A stretch of DNA of 64,000 bases from assembly GCF_009914755.1 (NCBI RefSeq), contig NC_060942.1; one strand, written 5' to 3'. How positions within the stretch are numbered: position 1 is the stretch's first letter; every line of letters begins with the position of its first letter. The stretch comes from the human T2T-CHM13v2.0 reference genome, Homo sapiens. This document shows positions 1-11,545 of the stretch, piece after piece. The position numbers and the translations under genes are program-made. The notes under the pieces are model-generated. The model was not told where the DNA came from. It ran no database searches and worked only from the letters and a program-made list of their open reading frames with translations.

Positions 1-306
1 AGACAGAAGCATTCTCAGAAACTTCTTTGGGATGTTTGCATTCAAGTCACAGAGTAGAACATTCCCTTTGGTAGAGCAGGTTTGAAACACTCTTTTTTTC
101 GTATATGGAAGTGGACATTTGGAGCGCTTTCAGGCCTACGTTGGAAAAGGAAATATCTTCCCATAACAACTAGACAGAAGCATTCTCAGAAACTAGTTTC
201 TGATGTGTGTCCTCAACTAACACAGTTGAACTTTTCTTTAGACAGAACAGTTTTGAAACACTCTTTTTGTGGAATCTGCAAGTGGCTATTTGGCTAGATT
301 TGAGGA

Positions 307-323
307 TTTCGTTGGAAACGGGA
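307..323 (+). other. CENP-B box (representative, TTTCGTTGGAAACGGGA)
   Basis: Matches the NTTCGNNNNANNCGGGN core and recurs in every second monomer (~188 positions expected in the window). Confidence 0.95.
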
Positions 324-473
324 TTACATATAAAAAGCAGACAGCAGCATTCTCAGAAAGTTCTTTGTGATGATTGCATTCAAGTCACAGAATTGAACAT
401 TCCCTTTCACAGAGCAGGTTTGAAACACTCTTTTTGTAGTGTGTGTAAGTGGACATTTGGAGCGCTTTCCGGC

Positions 474-490
474 CTAAGGTGAAAAAGGAA
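474..490 (-). other. pJalpha-type (A-box) motif, representative of A-type monomers
   Basis: CTAAGGTGAAAAAGGAA reads TTCCTTTTTCACCTTAG on the minus strand, close to the pJalpha consensus TTCCTTTTYCACCRTAG. It lies at the position homologous to the CENP-B box in alternating monomers. Confidence 0.75.
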
Positions 491-644
491 ATATCTTCCC
501 ATAAAAACTAGACAGAAGCATTCTCAGAAACTTACTCGTGATGTGTGTCCTCAACTAAAGGAGTAGAACCTTTCTATTCATAGAGAAGTTTTGAAACGCT
601 CTTTTTGTGGAATCTCCAAGTGGATATTTGGCTAGTTTTGAGGA

Positions 645-661
645 TTTCGTTGGAAGCGGGA
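645..661 (+). other. CENP-B box (TTTCGTTGGAAGCGGGA), overlapping the EcoRI site
   Basis: All nine core nucleotides are intact. Confidence 0.95.
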
Positions 662-982
662 ATTCATACAAATTGCAGACTGCAGCGTTCTGAGAAACAT
701 CTTTGTGATGTTTGTATTCAGGACACAGAGATGAACATTCCCTATCATAGAGCAGGTTGGAATCACTCCTTTTGTAGTATCTGGAAGTGGACATTTGGAG
801 CGCTTTCAGGCCTATGTTGAAAAAGGAAATATCTTCCCATAACAACTAGACACAAGCATTCTCAGAAACTTGTTTGTGATGTGTGCCCTCTACTGACAGA
901 GTTGAACCTTTCTTTTCATAGAGCAGTTTTGAAACACTCTTTTTGTAGAATCTGCAAGAGGATATTTGCATAGCTTTGAGGA

Positions 983-999
983 TTTCGTGGGAAACGGGA
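983..999 (+). other. CENP-B box (TTTCGTGGGAAACGGGA)
   Basis: The core is intact, with a HOR-position-specific variant at a non-essential base. Confidence 0.92.
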
Positions 1000-1324
1000 T
1001 TGTCTTCAGGTAAAATCTAGACAGAAGCATTCTCAGAAACTTCTTTGGGATGTTTGCATTCAAGTCACAGAGTAGAACATTCCCTTTGGTAGAGCAGGTT
1101 TGAAACCCTCTTTTTGTAGTATCTGGAAGTGGACATTCGGAGCGCTATCAGGCCCATGTTGGAAAGGGAAATATCTTCCCGTAACAACTAGGCAGAAGCA
1201 TTCTCAGAAACTTATTTGAGATGTGTGTACTCAACTAAGAGAATTGAACCACCGTTTTGAAGGTGCAGTTTTGAAACACTCTTTTTCTGGAATCTGCAAG
1301 AGTATATTTGCCTAGCCTTGAGGA

Positions 1325-1341
1325 TTTCGTTGGAAACGGGA
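1325..1341 (+). other. CENP-B box (TTTCGTTGGAAACGGGA)
   Basis: Canonical sequence; fourth box of the 8-mer. Confidence 0.95.
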
Positions 1342-4300
1342 TTGTCTTCAGATAAAATCTAGACAGAAGCATTCTCAGAAACTTCCTTGGGATGTTTGCA
1401 TTCAAGTCACAGAGTAGAACATTCCCTTTGGTAGAACAGGTTTGAAACACTCTTTTTGTAGTATCTGGAAGTGGACATTTGGAGCGCTTTCAGGCCTACG
1501 TTGGAAAAGGAAATATCTTCCCATAACAACTAGACAGAAGCATTCTCAGAAACTAGTTTCTGATGTGTGTCCTCAACTAACACAGTTGAACTTTTCTTTA
1601 GACAGAACAGTTTTGAAACACTCTTTTTGTGGAATCTGCAAGTGGATATTTGGCTAGATTTGAGGATTTCGTTGGAAACGGGATTACATATAAAAAGCAG
1701 ACTGCAGCATTCTCAGAAAGTTCTTTGTGGTGATTGCATTCAAGTCACAGAATTGAACATTCCCTTTCACAGAGCAGGTTTGAAACACTCTTTTTGTAGT
1801 GTGTGTAAGTGGACATTTGGAGCGCTTTCCGGCCTAAGGTGAAAAAGGAAATATCTTCCCATAAAAACTAGACAGAAGCATTCTCAGAAACTTACTCGTG
1901 ATGTGTGTCCTCAACTAAAGGAGTAGAACCTTTCTATTCATAGAGAAGTTTTGAAACGCTCTTTTTGTGGAATCTCCAAGTGGATATTTGGCTAGTTTTG
2001 AGGATTTCGTTGGAAGCGGGAATTCATACAAATTGCAGACTGCAGCGTTCTGAGAAACATCTTTGTGATGTTTGTATTCAGGACACAGAGATGAACATTC
2101 CCTATCATAGAGCAGGTTGGAATCACTCCTTTTGTAGTATCTGGAAGTGGACATTTGGAGCGCTTTCAGGCCTATGTTGAAAAAGGAAATATCTTCCCAT
2201 AACAACTAGACACAAGCATTCTCAGAAACCTGTTTGTGATGTGTGCCCTCTACTGACAGAGTTGAACCTTTCTTTTCATAGAGCAGTTTTGAAACACTCT
2301 TTTTGTAGAATCTGCAAGAGGATATTTGCATAGCTTTGAGGATTTCGTGGGAAACGGGATTGTCTTCAGGTAAAATCTAGACAGAAGCATTCTCAGAAAC
2401 TTCTTTGGGATGTTTGCATTCAAGTCACAGAGTAGAACATTCCCTTTGGTAGAGCAGGTTTGAAACCCTCTTTTTGTAGTATCTGGAAGTGGACATTTGG
2501 AGCGCTTTCAGGCCCATGTTGGAAAGGGAAATATCTTCCCGTAACAACTAGGCAGAAGCATTCTCAGAAACTTATTTGAGATGTGTGTACTCAACTAAGA
2601 GAATTTAACCAACGTTTTGAAGGAGCAGTTTTGAAACAATCTTTTTCTGGAATCTGCAAGAGTATATTTGCCTAGCCGTGAGAATTTCGTTGGAAACGGG
2701 ATTGTCTTCAGATAAAATCTAGACAGAAGCATTCTCAGAAACTTCTTTGGGATGTTTGCATTCAAGTCACAGAGTAGAACATTCCCTTTGGTAGAGCAGG
2801 TTTGAAACACTCTTTTTTTAGTATATGGAAGTGGACATTTGGAGCGCTTTCAGGCCTACGTTGGAAAAGGAAATATCTTCCCATAACAACTAGACAGAAG
2901 CATTCTCAGAAACTAGTTTCTGATGTGTGTCCTCAACTAACACAGTTGAACTTTTCTTTAGACAGAACAGTTTTGAAACACTCTTTTTGTGGAATCTGCA
3001 AGTGGATATTTGGCTAGATTTGAGGATTTCGTTGGAAACGGGATTACATATAAAAAGCAGACAGCAGCATTCTCAGAAAGTTCTTTGTGATGATTGCATT
3101 CAAGTCACAGAATTGAACATTCCCTTTCACAGAGCAGGTTTGAAACCCTCTTTTTGTAGTGTGTGTAAGTGGACATTTGGAGCGCTTTCCGGCCTAAGGT
3201 GAAAAAGGAAATATCTTCCCATAAAAACTAGACAGAAGCATTCTCAGAAACTTACTCGTGATGTGTGTCCTCAACTAAAGGAGTAGAACATTTCTATTCA
3301 TAGAGAAGTTTTGAAACGCTCTTTTTGTGGAATCTCCAAGTGGATATTTGGCTAGTTTTGAGGATTTCGTTGGAAGCGGGAATTCATACAAATTGCAGAC
3401 TGCAGCGTTCTGAGAATCATCTTTGTGATGTTTGTATTCAGGACACAGAGATGAACATTCCCTATCATAGAGCAGGTTGGAATCACTCCTTTTGTAGTAT
3501 CTGGAAGTGGACATTTGGAGCGCTTTCAGTCCTATGTTGAAAAAGGAAATATCTTCCCATAACAACTAGACACAAGCATTCTCAGAAACTTGTTTGTGAT
3601 GTGTGCCCTCTACTGACAGAGTTGAACCTTTCTTTTCATAGAGCAGTTTTGAAACACTCTTTTTGTAGAATCTGCAAGAGGATATTTGCATAGCTTTGAG
3701 GATTTCGTGGGAAACGGGATTGTCTTCAGGTAAAATCTAGACAGAAGCATTCTCAGAAACTTCTTTGGGATGTTTGCATTCAAGTCACAGAGTAGAACAT
3801 TCCCTTTGGTAGAGCAGGTTTGAAACACTCTTTTTGTAGTATCTGGAAGTGGACATTTGCAGCACTTTCAGGCCCATGTTGGAAAGGGAAATATCTTCCC
3901 GTAACAACTAGGCAGAAGCATTCTCTGAAACTTTTTTGAGATGTGTGTACTCAACTAAGAGAATTGAACCACCGTTTTGAAGGAGCAGTTTTGAAACACT
4001 CTTTTTCTGGAATCTGCTAGACGATATTTGCCTAGCCTTGAGGATTTCGTTGGAAACGGGATTGTCTTCAGATAAAATCTAGACAGAAGCATTCTCAGAA
4101 ACTTCTTTGGGATGTTTGTATTCAAGTCACAGAGTAGAACATTCCCTTTGATAGAGCAGGTTTGAAACACTCTTTTTTTAGTATATGGAAATGGACATTT
4201 GGAGCGCTTTCAGGCCTACGTTGGAAAAGGAAATATCTTCCCGTAACAACTAGACAGAAGCATTCTCAGAAACTAGTTTCTGATGTGTGTCCTCAACTAA

Positions 4301-6098
4301 CACAGTTGAACTTTTCTTTAGACAGAACAGTTTTGAAACACTCTTTTTGTGGAATCTGCAAGTGGATATTTGGCTAGATTTGAGGATTTCGTTGGAAACG
4401 GGATTACATATAAAAAGCAGACAGCAGCATTCTCAGAAAGTTCTTTGTGATGATTGCATTCAAGTCACAGAATTGAACATTCCCTTTCACAGAGCAGGTT
4501 TGAAACACTCTTTTTATAGTGTGTGTAAGTGGACATTTGGAGCACTTTCCGGCCTAAGGTGAAAAAGGAAATATCTTCCCATAAAAACTAGACAGAAGCA
4601 TTCTCAGAAACTTACTCGTGATGTGTGTCCTCAACTAAAGGAGTAGAACCTTTCTATTCATAGAGAAGGTTTGAAACGCTCTTTTTGTGGAATCTCCAAG
4701 TGGATATTTGGCTAGTTTTGAGGATTTCGTTGGATGCGGGAATTCATACAAATTGCAGACTGCAGCGTTCTGAGAAACATGTTTGTGATGTTTGTATTCA
4801 GGACACAGAGATGAACATTCCCTATCATAGAGCAGGTTGGAATCACTCCTTTTGTAGTATCTGGAAGTGGACATTTGGAGCGCTTTCAGGCCTATGTTGA
4901 AAAAGGAAATATCTTCCCATAACAACTAGACACAAGCATTCTCAGAAACTTGTTTGTGATGTGTGCCCTCTGCTGACAGAGTTGAACCATTCTTTTCATA
5001 GAGCAGTTTTGAAACACTCTTTTTGTAGAATCTGCAAGAGGATATTTGCATAGCTTTGAGGATTTCGTGGGAAACGGGATTGTCTTCAGGTAAAATCTAG
5101 ACAGAAGCATTCTCAGAAACTTCTTTGGGATGTTTGCATTCAAGTCACAGAGTAGAACATTCCCTTTGGTAGAGCAGGTTTGAAACCCTCTTTTTGTAGT
5201 ATCTGGAAGTGGACATTTGGAGCGCTTTCAGGCCCATGTTGGAAAGGGAAATATCTTCCCGTAACAACTAGGCAGAAGCATTCTCAGAAACTTATTTGAG
5301 ATGTGTGTACTCAACTAAGAGAATTGAACCACCGTTTTGAAGGAGCAGTTTTGAAACACTCTTTTTCTGGAATCTGCAAGAGTATATTTGCCTAGCCTTG
5401 AAGATTTCGTTGGAAACGGGATTGTCTTCAGATAAAATCTAGACAGAAGCATTCTCAGAAACTTCTTTGGGATGTTTGCATTCAAGTCACAGAGTAGAAC
5501 ATTCCCTTTGGTAGAGCAGGTTTGAAACACTCTTTTTTTAGTATATGGAAGTGGACATTTGGAGCGCTTTCAGGCCTACGTTGGAAAAGGAAATATCTTC
5601 CCATAACAAGTAGACAGAAGCATTCTCAGAAACTAGTTTCTGATGTGTGTCCTCAACTAACACAGTTGAACTTTTCTTTAGACAGAACAGTTTTGAAACA
5701 CTCTTTTGTGGAATCTGCAAGTGGATATTTGGCTAGATTTGAGGATTTCGTTGGAAACGGGATTACATATAAAAAGCAGACAGCAGCATTCTCAGAAAGT
5801 TCTTTGTGATGATTGCATTCAAGTCACAGAATTGAACATTCCCTTTCACAGAGCAGGTTTGAAACACTCTTTTAGTAGTGTGTGTAAGTGGACATTTGGA
5901 GCGCTTTCCGGCCTAAGGTGAAAAAGGAAATATCTTCCCATAAAAACTAGACAGAAGCATTCTCAGAAACTTACTCGTGATGTGTGTCCTCAACTAAAGG
6001 AGTAGAACCTTTCTATTCATAGAGAAGTTTTGAAACGCTCTTTTTGTGGAATCTCCAAGTGGATATTTGGCTAGTTTTGAGGATTTCGTTGGAAGCGG

Positions 6099-8141
6099 GA
6101 ATTCATACAAATTGCAGACTGCAGCGTTCTGAGAAACATCTTTGTGATGTTTGTATTCAGGACACAGAGATGAACATTCCCTATCATAGAGCAGGTTGGA
6201 ATCACTCCTTTTGTAGTATCTGGAAGTGGACATTTGGAGCGCTTTCAGGCCTATGTTGAAAAAGGAAATATCTTCCCATAACAACTAGACACAAGCATTC
6301 TCAGAAACTTGTTTGTGATGTGTGCCCTCTACTGACAGAGTTGAACCTTTCTTTTCATAGAGCAGTTTTGAAACACTCTTTTTGTAGAATCTGCAAGAGG
6401 ATATTTGCATAGCTTTGAGGATTTCGTGGGAAACGGGATTGTCTTCAGGTAAAATCTAGACAGAAGCATTCTCAGAAACTACTTTGGGATGTTTGCATTC
6501 AAGTCACAGAGTAGAACATTCCCTTTGGTAGAGCAGGTTTGAAACCCTCTTTTTGTAGTATCTGGAAGTGGACATTTGGAGCGCTTTCAGGCCCATGTTG
6601 GAAAGGGAAATATCTTCCCGTAACAACTAGGCAGAAGCATTCTCAGAAACTTATTTGAGATGTGTGTACTCAACTAAGAGAATTGAACCACCGTTTTGAA
6701 GGAGCAGTTTTGAAACACTCTTTTTCTGGAATCTGCAAGAGTATATTTGCCTAGCCTTGAGAATTTCGTTGGAAACGGGATTGTCTTCAGATAAAATCTA
6801 GACAGAAGCATTCTCAGAAACTTCTTTGGGATGTTTGCATTCAAGTCACAGAGTAGAACATTCCCTTTGGTAGAGCAGGTTTGAAACACTCTTTTTGTAG
6901 TATCTGGAAGTGGACATTTGGAGCGCTTTCAGGCCTATGTTGGAAAGGGAAATATCTTCCCTTAACAACTAGGCAGAAGCATTCTCAGAAACTTATTTGA
7001 GATGTGTGTACTCAACTAAGAGAATTGAACCACCGTTTTGAAGGAGCAGTTGTGAAACACTCTTTTTCTGGAATCTGCTAGAGTATATTTGCCTAGCTTT
7101 GAGGATTTCGTTGGAAACGGGATTGTCTTCAGCTCAAATCTAGACAGAAGCATTCTCAGAAACTTCTTTGGGATGTTTCTATTCAAGTCACAGAGTAGAA
7201 CATTCCCTTTGGTAGAGCAGGTTTGAAACACTCTTTTTGTAGTATCTGGAAGTGGACATTTGGAGCGCTTTCAGGCCTATGTTGGAAAGGGAAATATCTT
7301 CCCGTAACAACTAGGCAGAAGCATTCTCAGAAACTTATTTGAGATGGGTGTACTCAACTAAGAGAATTGAACCACCCTTTTCAAGGAGCAGTTTTGAAAC
7401 ACTGTTTTTCTGGAATCTGCAAGAGTATATTTGCCTAGCTTTGAGGATTTCGTTGGAAACGGGATTGTCTTCAGATAAAATCTAGACAGAAGCATTCTCA
7501 GAAACTTCTTTGGGTGTTTGCATTCAATTCATAGAGTAGAACATTCCCTTTGTTAGAGCAGGTTTGAAACACTCTTTTTTTAGTATATGGAAGTGGACAT
7601 TTGGAGCGCTTTCAGGCCTACGTTGGAAAAGGAAATATCTTCCCATAACAACTAGACAGAAGCATTCTCAGAAACTAGTTTCTGATGTGTGTCCTCAACT
7701 AACACAGTTGTACATTTCTTTAGACAGAACAGTTTTGAAACACTCTTTTTGTGGAATCTGCAAGTGGCTATTTGGCTAGATTTGAGGATTTCTTTGGAAA
7801 CGGGATTACATATAAAAAGCTGACAGCAGCATTCTCAGAAAGTTCTTTGTGATGATTGCATTCAAGTCACAGAATTGAACATTCCCTTTCACAGAGCAGG
7901 TTTGAAACACTCTTTTTGTAGTGTGTGTAAGTGGACATTTGGAGCACTTTCCGGCCTAAGGTGAAAAAGGACATATCTTCCCATAAAAAATAGACAGAAG
8001 CATTCTCAGAAACTTACTCGTGATGTGTGTCCTCAACTAAAGGAGTAGAACCTTTCTTTTCATAGAGAAGTTTTGAAACGCTCTTTTTGTGGAATCTGCA
8101 AGTGGATATTTGGCTAGTTTTGAGGATTTCGTTGGAAGCGG
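6099..8141 (+). repeat. Variant HOR: 8-mer plus two extra copies of one dimer (2043 bp)
   Basis: The CTTCTTTGGG/CTTATTTGAG monomer pair occurs three times in tandem (~6460-7485). There is no internal EcoRI site. Confidence 0.85.
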
Positions 8142-9502
8142 GAATTCATACAAATTGCAGACTGCAGCGTTCTGAGAAACATCTTTGTGATGTTTGTATT
8201 CAGGACACAGAGTTGAACATTCCCTATCATAGAGCAGGTTGGAATCACTCCTTTTGTAGTATCTGGAAGTGGACATTTGGAGCGCTTTCAGGCCTATGTT
8301 GAAAAAGGAAATATCTTCCCATAACAACTAGACACAAGCATTCTCAGAAACTTGTTTGTGATGTGTGCCCTCTACTGACAGAGTTGAACCTTTCTTTTCA
8401 TAGAGCAGTTTTGAAACACTCTTTTTGTAGAATCTGCAAGAGGATATTTGCATAGCTTTGAGGATTTCGTGGGAAACGGGATTGTCTTCAGGTAAAATCT
8501 AGACAGAAGCATTCTCAGAAACTTCTTTGTTATGTTTGCATTCAAGTCACAGAGTAGAACATTCCCTTTGGTAGAGCAGGTTTGAAACCCTCTTTTTGTA
8601 GTATCTGGAAGTGGACATTTGGAGCGCATTCAGGCCCATGTTGGAAAGGGAAATATCTTCCCGTAACAACTATGCAGAAGCATTCTCAGAAACTTATTTG
8701 AGATGTGTGTACTCAACTAAGAGAATTGAACCACCGTTTTGAAGGAGCAGTTTTGAAACACTCTTTTTCTGGAATCTGCAAGAGTATATTTGCCTAGCCT
8801 TGAGGATTTCGTTGGAAACCGGATTGTCTTCAGATAAAATCTAGACAAATGCATTCTCAGAAACTTCTTTGGGATGTTTGCATTCAAGTCACAGAGTAGA
8901 ACATTCCCTTTGGTAGAGCAGGTTTGAAACACTCTTTTTTTCGTATATGGAAGTGGACATTTGGAGCGCTTTCAGGCCTACGTTGGAAAAGGAAATATCT
9001 TCCCATAAGAACTAGACAGAAGCATTCTCAGAAACTAGTTTCTGATGTGTGTCCTCAACTAACACAGTTGTACATTTCTTTAGACAGAACAGTTTTGATA
9101 CACTCGTTTTGTGGAACCTTCAGGTGGATATTTTGGCTACATTTGAGGATTTCGTTGGAAACGGGATTACATATAAAAAGCAGTCAGCAGCATTCTCAGA
9201 AAGTTCTTTGTGATGATTGCATTCAAGTCACAGAATTGAACATTCCCTTTCACAGAGCAGGTTTGAAACACTCTTTTTGTAGTGTGTGTAAGTGGACATT
9301 TGGAGCGCTTTCTGGCCTAAGGTGAAAAAGGAAATATCTTCCCATAAAAACTAGACAGAAGCATTCTCAGAAACTTACTCGTGATGTGTGTCCTCAACTA
9401 AAGGAGTAGAACCTTTCTTTTCATAGAGAAGTTTTGAAACGCTCTTTTTGTGGAATCTGCAAGTGGATATTTGCCTAGTTTTGAGGATTTCGTTGGAAGC
9501 GG

Positions 9503-11545
9503 GAATTCATACAAATTGCAGACTGCAGCGTTCTGAGAAACATATTTGTGATGTTTGTATTCAGGACACAGAGATGAACATTCCCTATCACAGAGCAGGT
9601 TGGAATCACTCCTTTTGTAGTATCTGGAAGTGGACATTTGGAGCGCTTTCAGGCCTATGTTGAAAAAGGAAATATCTTCCCATAACAACTAGACACAAGC
9701 ATTCTCAGAAACTTGTTTGTGATGTGTGCCCTCTACTGACAGAGTTGAACCTTTCTTTTCATAGAGCAGTTTTGAAACACTCTTTTTGTAGAATCTGCAA
9801 AAGGATATTTGCATAGCTTTGAGGATTTCGTGGGAAACGGGATTGTCTTCAGGTAAAATCTAGACAGAAGCATTCTCAGAAACTTCTCTGGGATGTTTGC
9901 ATTCAAGTCACAGAGTAGAACATTCCCTTTGGTAGAGCAGGTTTGAAACACTCTTTTTGTAGTATCTGGAAGTGGACATTTGGAGCGCTTTCAGGCCCAT
10001 GTTGGAAAGGGAAATATCTTCCCGTAACAACTAGGCAGAAGCATTCTCAGAAACATATTTGAGATGTGTGTACTCAACTAAGAGAATTGAACCACCGTTT
10101 CGAAGGAGCAGTTTTGAAACACCCTTTTTCTGGAATCTGCAAGAGTATATTTGCCTAGCCTTGAGGATTTCGTTGGAAACGGGATTGTCTTCAAATCAAA
10201 TCTAGACAGAAGCATTCTCAGAAACTTCTTTGGGATGTTTGCATTCAAGTCACAGAGTAGAACATTCCCTTTGGCAGAGCAGGTTTGAAACACTCTTTTT
10301 GTAGTATCTGGAAGTGGACATTTGGAGCGCTTTCAGGCCTATGTTGGAAAGGGAAATATCTTCCCTTAACAACTAGGCAGAAGCATTCTCAGAAACTTAT
10401 TTGAGATGTGTGTACTCAACTAAGAGAATTGAACCACCGTTTGGAAGGACCAGTTTTGAAACACTCTTTTTCTGGAATCTGCTAGAGGATATTTGCCAGC
10501 TTTGAGGATTTCGTTGGAAACGGGATTGTCTTCAGATCAAATCTAGACAGAAGCATTCTCAGAAACTTCTTTGGGATGTTTGCATTCAAGTCACAGAGTA
10601 GAACATTCCCTTTGGTAGAGCAGGTTTGAAACCCTCCTTTTGTAGTATCTGGAAGTGGACATTTGGAGCGCTTTCAGGCCCATGTTGGAAAGGGAAATAT
10701 CTTCCCGTAACAACTAGGCAGAAGCATTCTCAGAAACTTATTTGAGATGTGTGTACTCAACTAAGAGAATTGAACCACCGTTTTGAAGGAGCAGTTTTGA
10801 AACACTCTTTTTCTGTAATCTGCAAGAGTATATTTGCCTAGCCTTGAGGATTTCGTTGGAAACGGGATTGTCTTCAGATAAAATCTAGACAGAAGCATTC
10901 TCAGAAACTTCTTTGGGATGTTTGCATTCAAGTCACAGAGTAGAACATTCCCTTTGGTAGAGCAGGTTTGAAACACTCTTTTTTTAGTATATGGAAGTGG
11001 ACATTTGGAGCGCTTTCAGGCCTACGTTGGAAAAGGAAATATCTTCCCATAACAACTAGATAGAAGCATTCTCAGAAACTAGTTTCTGATGTGTGTCCTC
11101 AACTAACACAGTTGAACTTTTCTTTACACAGAACAGTTTTGAAACACTCTTTTTGTGGAATCTGCAAGTGGATATTTGGCTAGATTTGAGGATTTCGTTG
11201 GAAACGGGATTACATATAAAAAGCAGACAGCAGCATTCTCAGAAAGTTCTTTGTGATGATTGCATTCAAGTCACAGAATTGAACATCCCCTTTCACAGAG
11301 CAGGTTTGAAACACTCTTTTTGTAGTGTGTGTAAGTGGACATTTGGAGCGCTTTCCGGCCTAAGGTGAAAAAGGAAATATCTTCCCATAAAAACTAGACA
11401 GAATCATTCTCAGAAACTTACTCGTGATGTGTGTCCTCAACTAAAGGAGTAGAACCTTTCTATTCATAGAGAAGTTTTGAAACGCTCTTTTTGTGGAATC
11501 TCCAAGTGGATATTTGGCTAGTTTTGAGGATTTCGTTGGAAGCGG
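9503..11545 (+). repeat. Variant HOR: 8-mer plus two extra dimers (2043 bp)
   Basis: Three tandem copies of the same dimer at ~9860-10890. Confidence 0.85.

Larger units (their letters stand above)
660..2019 (+). repeat. Representative 8-monomer HOR unit (1360 bp, EcoRI to EcoRI)
   Basis: GAATTCATACAAATTGCAG occurs at 660, 2020, 3380, 4740 and 6099. By my count 33 of 50 inter-site intervals are 1359-1361 bp. CENP-B spacing of 338+338+342+342 sums to 1360. Confidence 0.95.

Noticed and set aside
5-26. Heat-shock-element-like GAA/TTC alternation (AGAAGCATTCTCAGAAACTTCT)
   Set aside because: Spacing between the first units is 3 bp rather than the 2 bp required for an nGAAn array.
660-2019. Assignment to other 1.36-kb 8-mer arrays (D14Z9/D22Z1, D20Z2)
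   Set aside because: Co-occurrence with a 2035-bp 12-mer and 675/1360-bp EcoRI fragments fits recalled D18Z1 better. It is not formally excluded without alignment.
4725-4741. CENP-B box variants such as TTTCGTTGGATGCGGGA, TTTCGCTGGAAGCGGGA, TTTCGGTGG and TTTCGTGCG as broken boxes
   Set aside because: The changes fall at non-essential N positions and the nine core bases are intact.
8924-9325. Longest ORF (133 aa; second copy 22531-22932)
   Set aside because: It arises only from a 1-bp insertion near 9130 that fuses two spurious frames.
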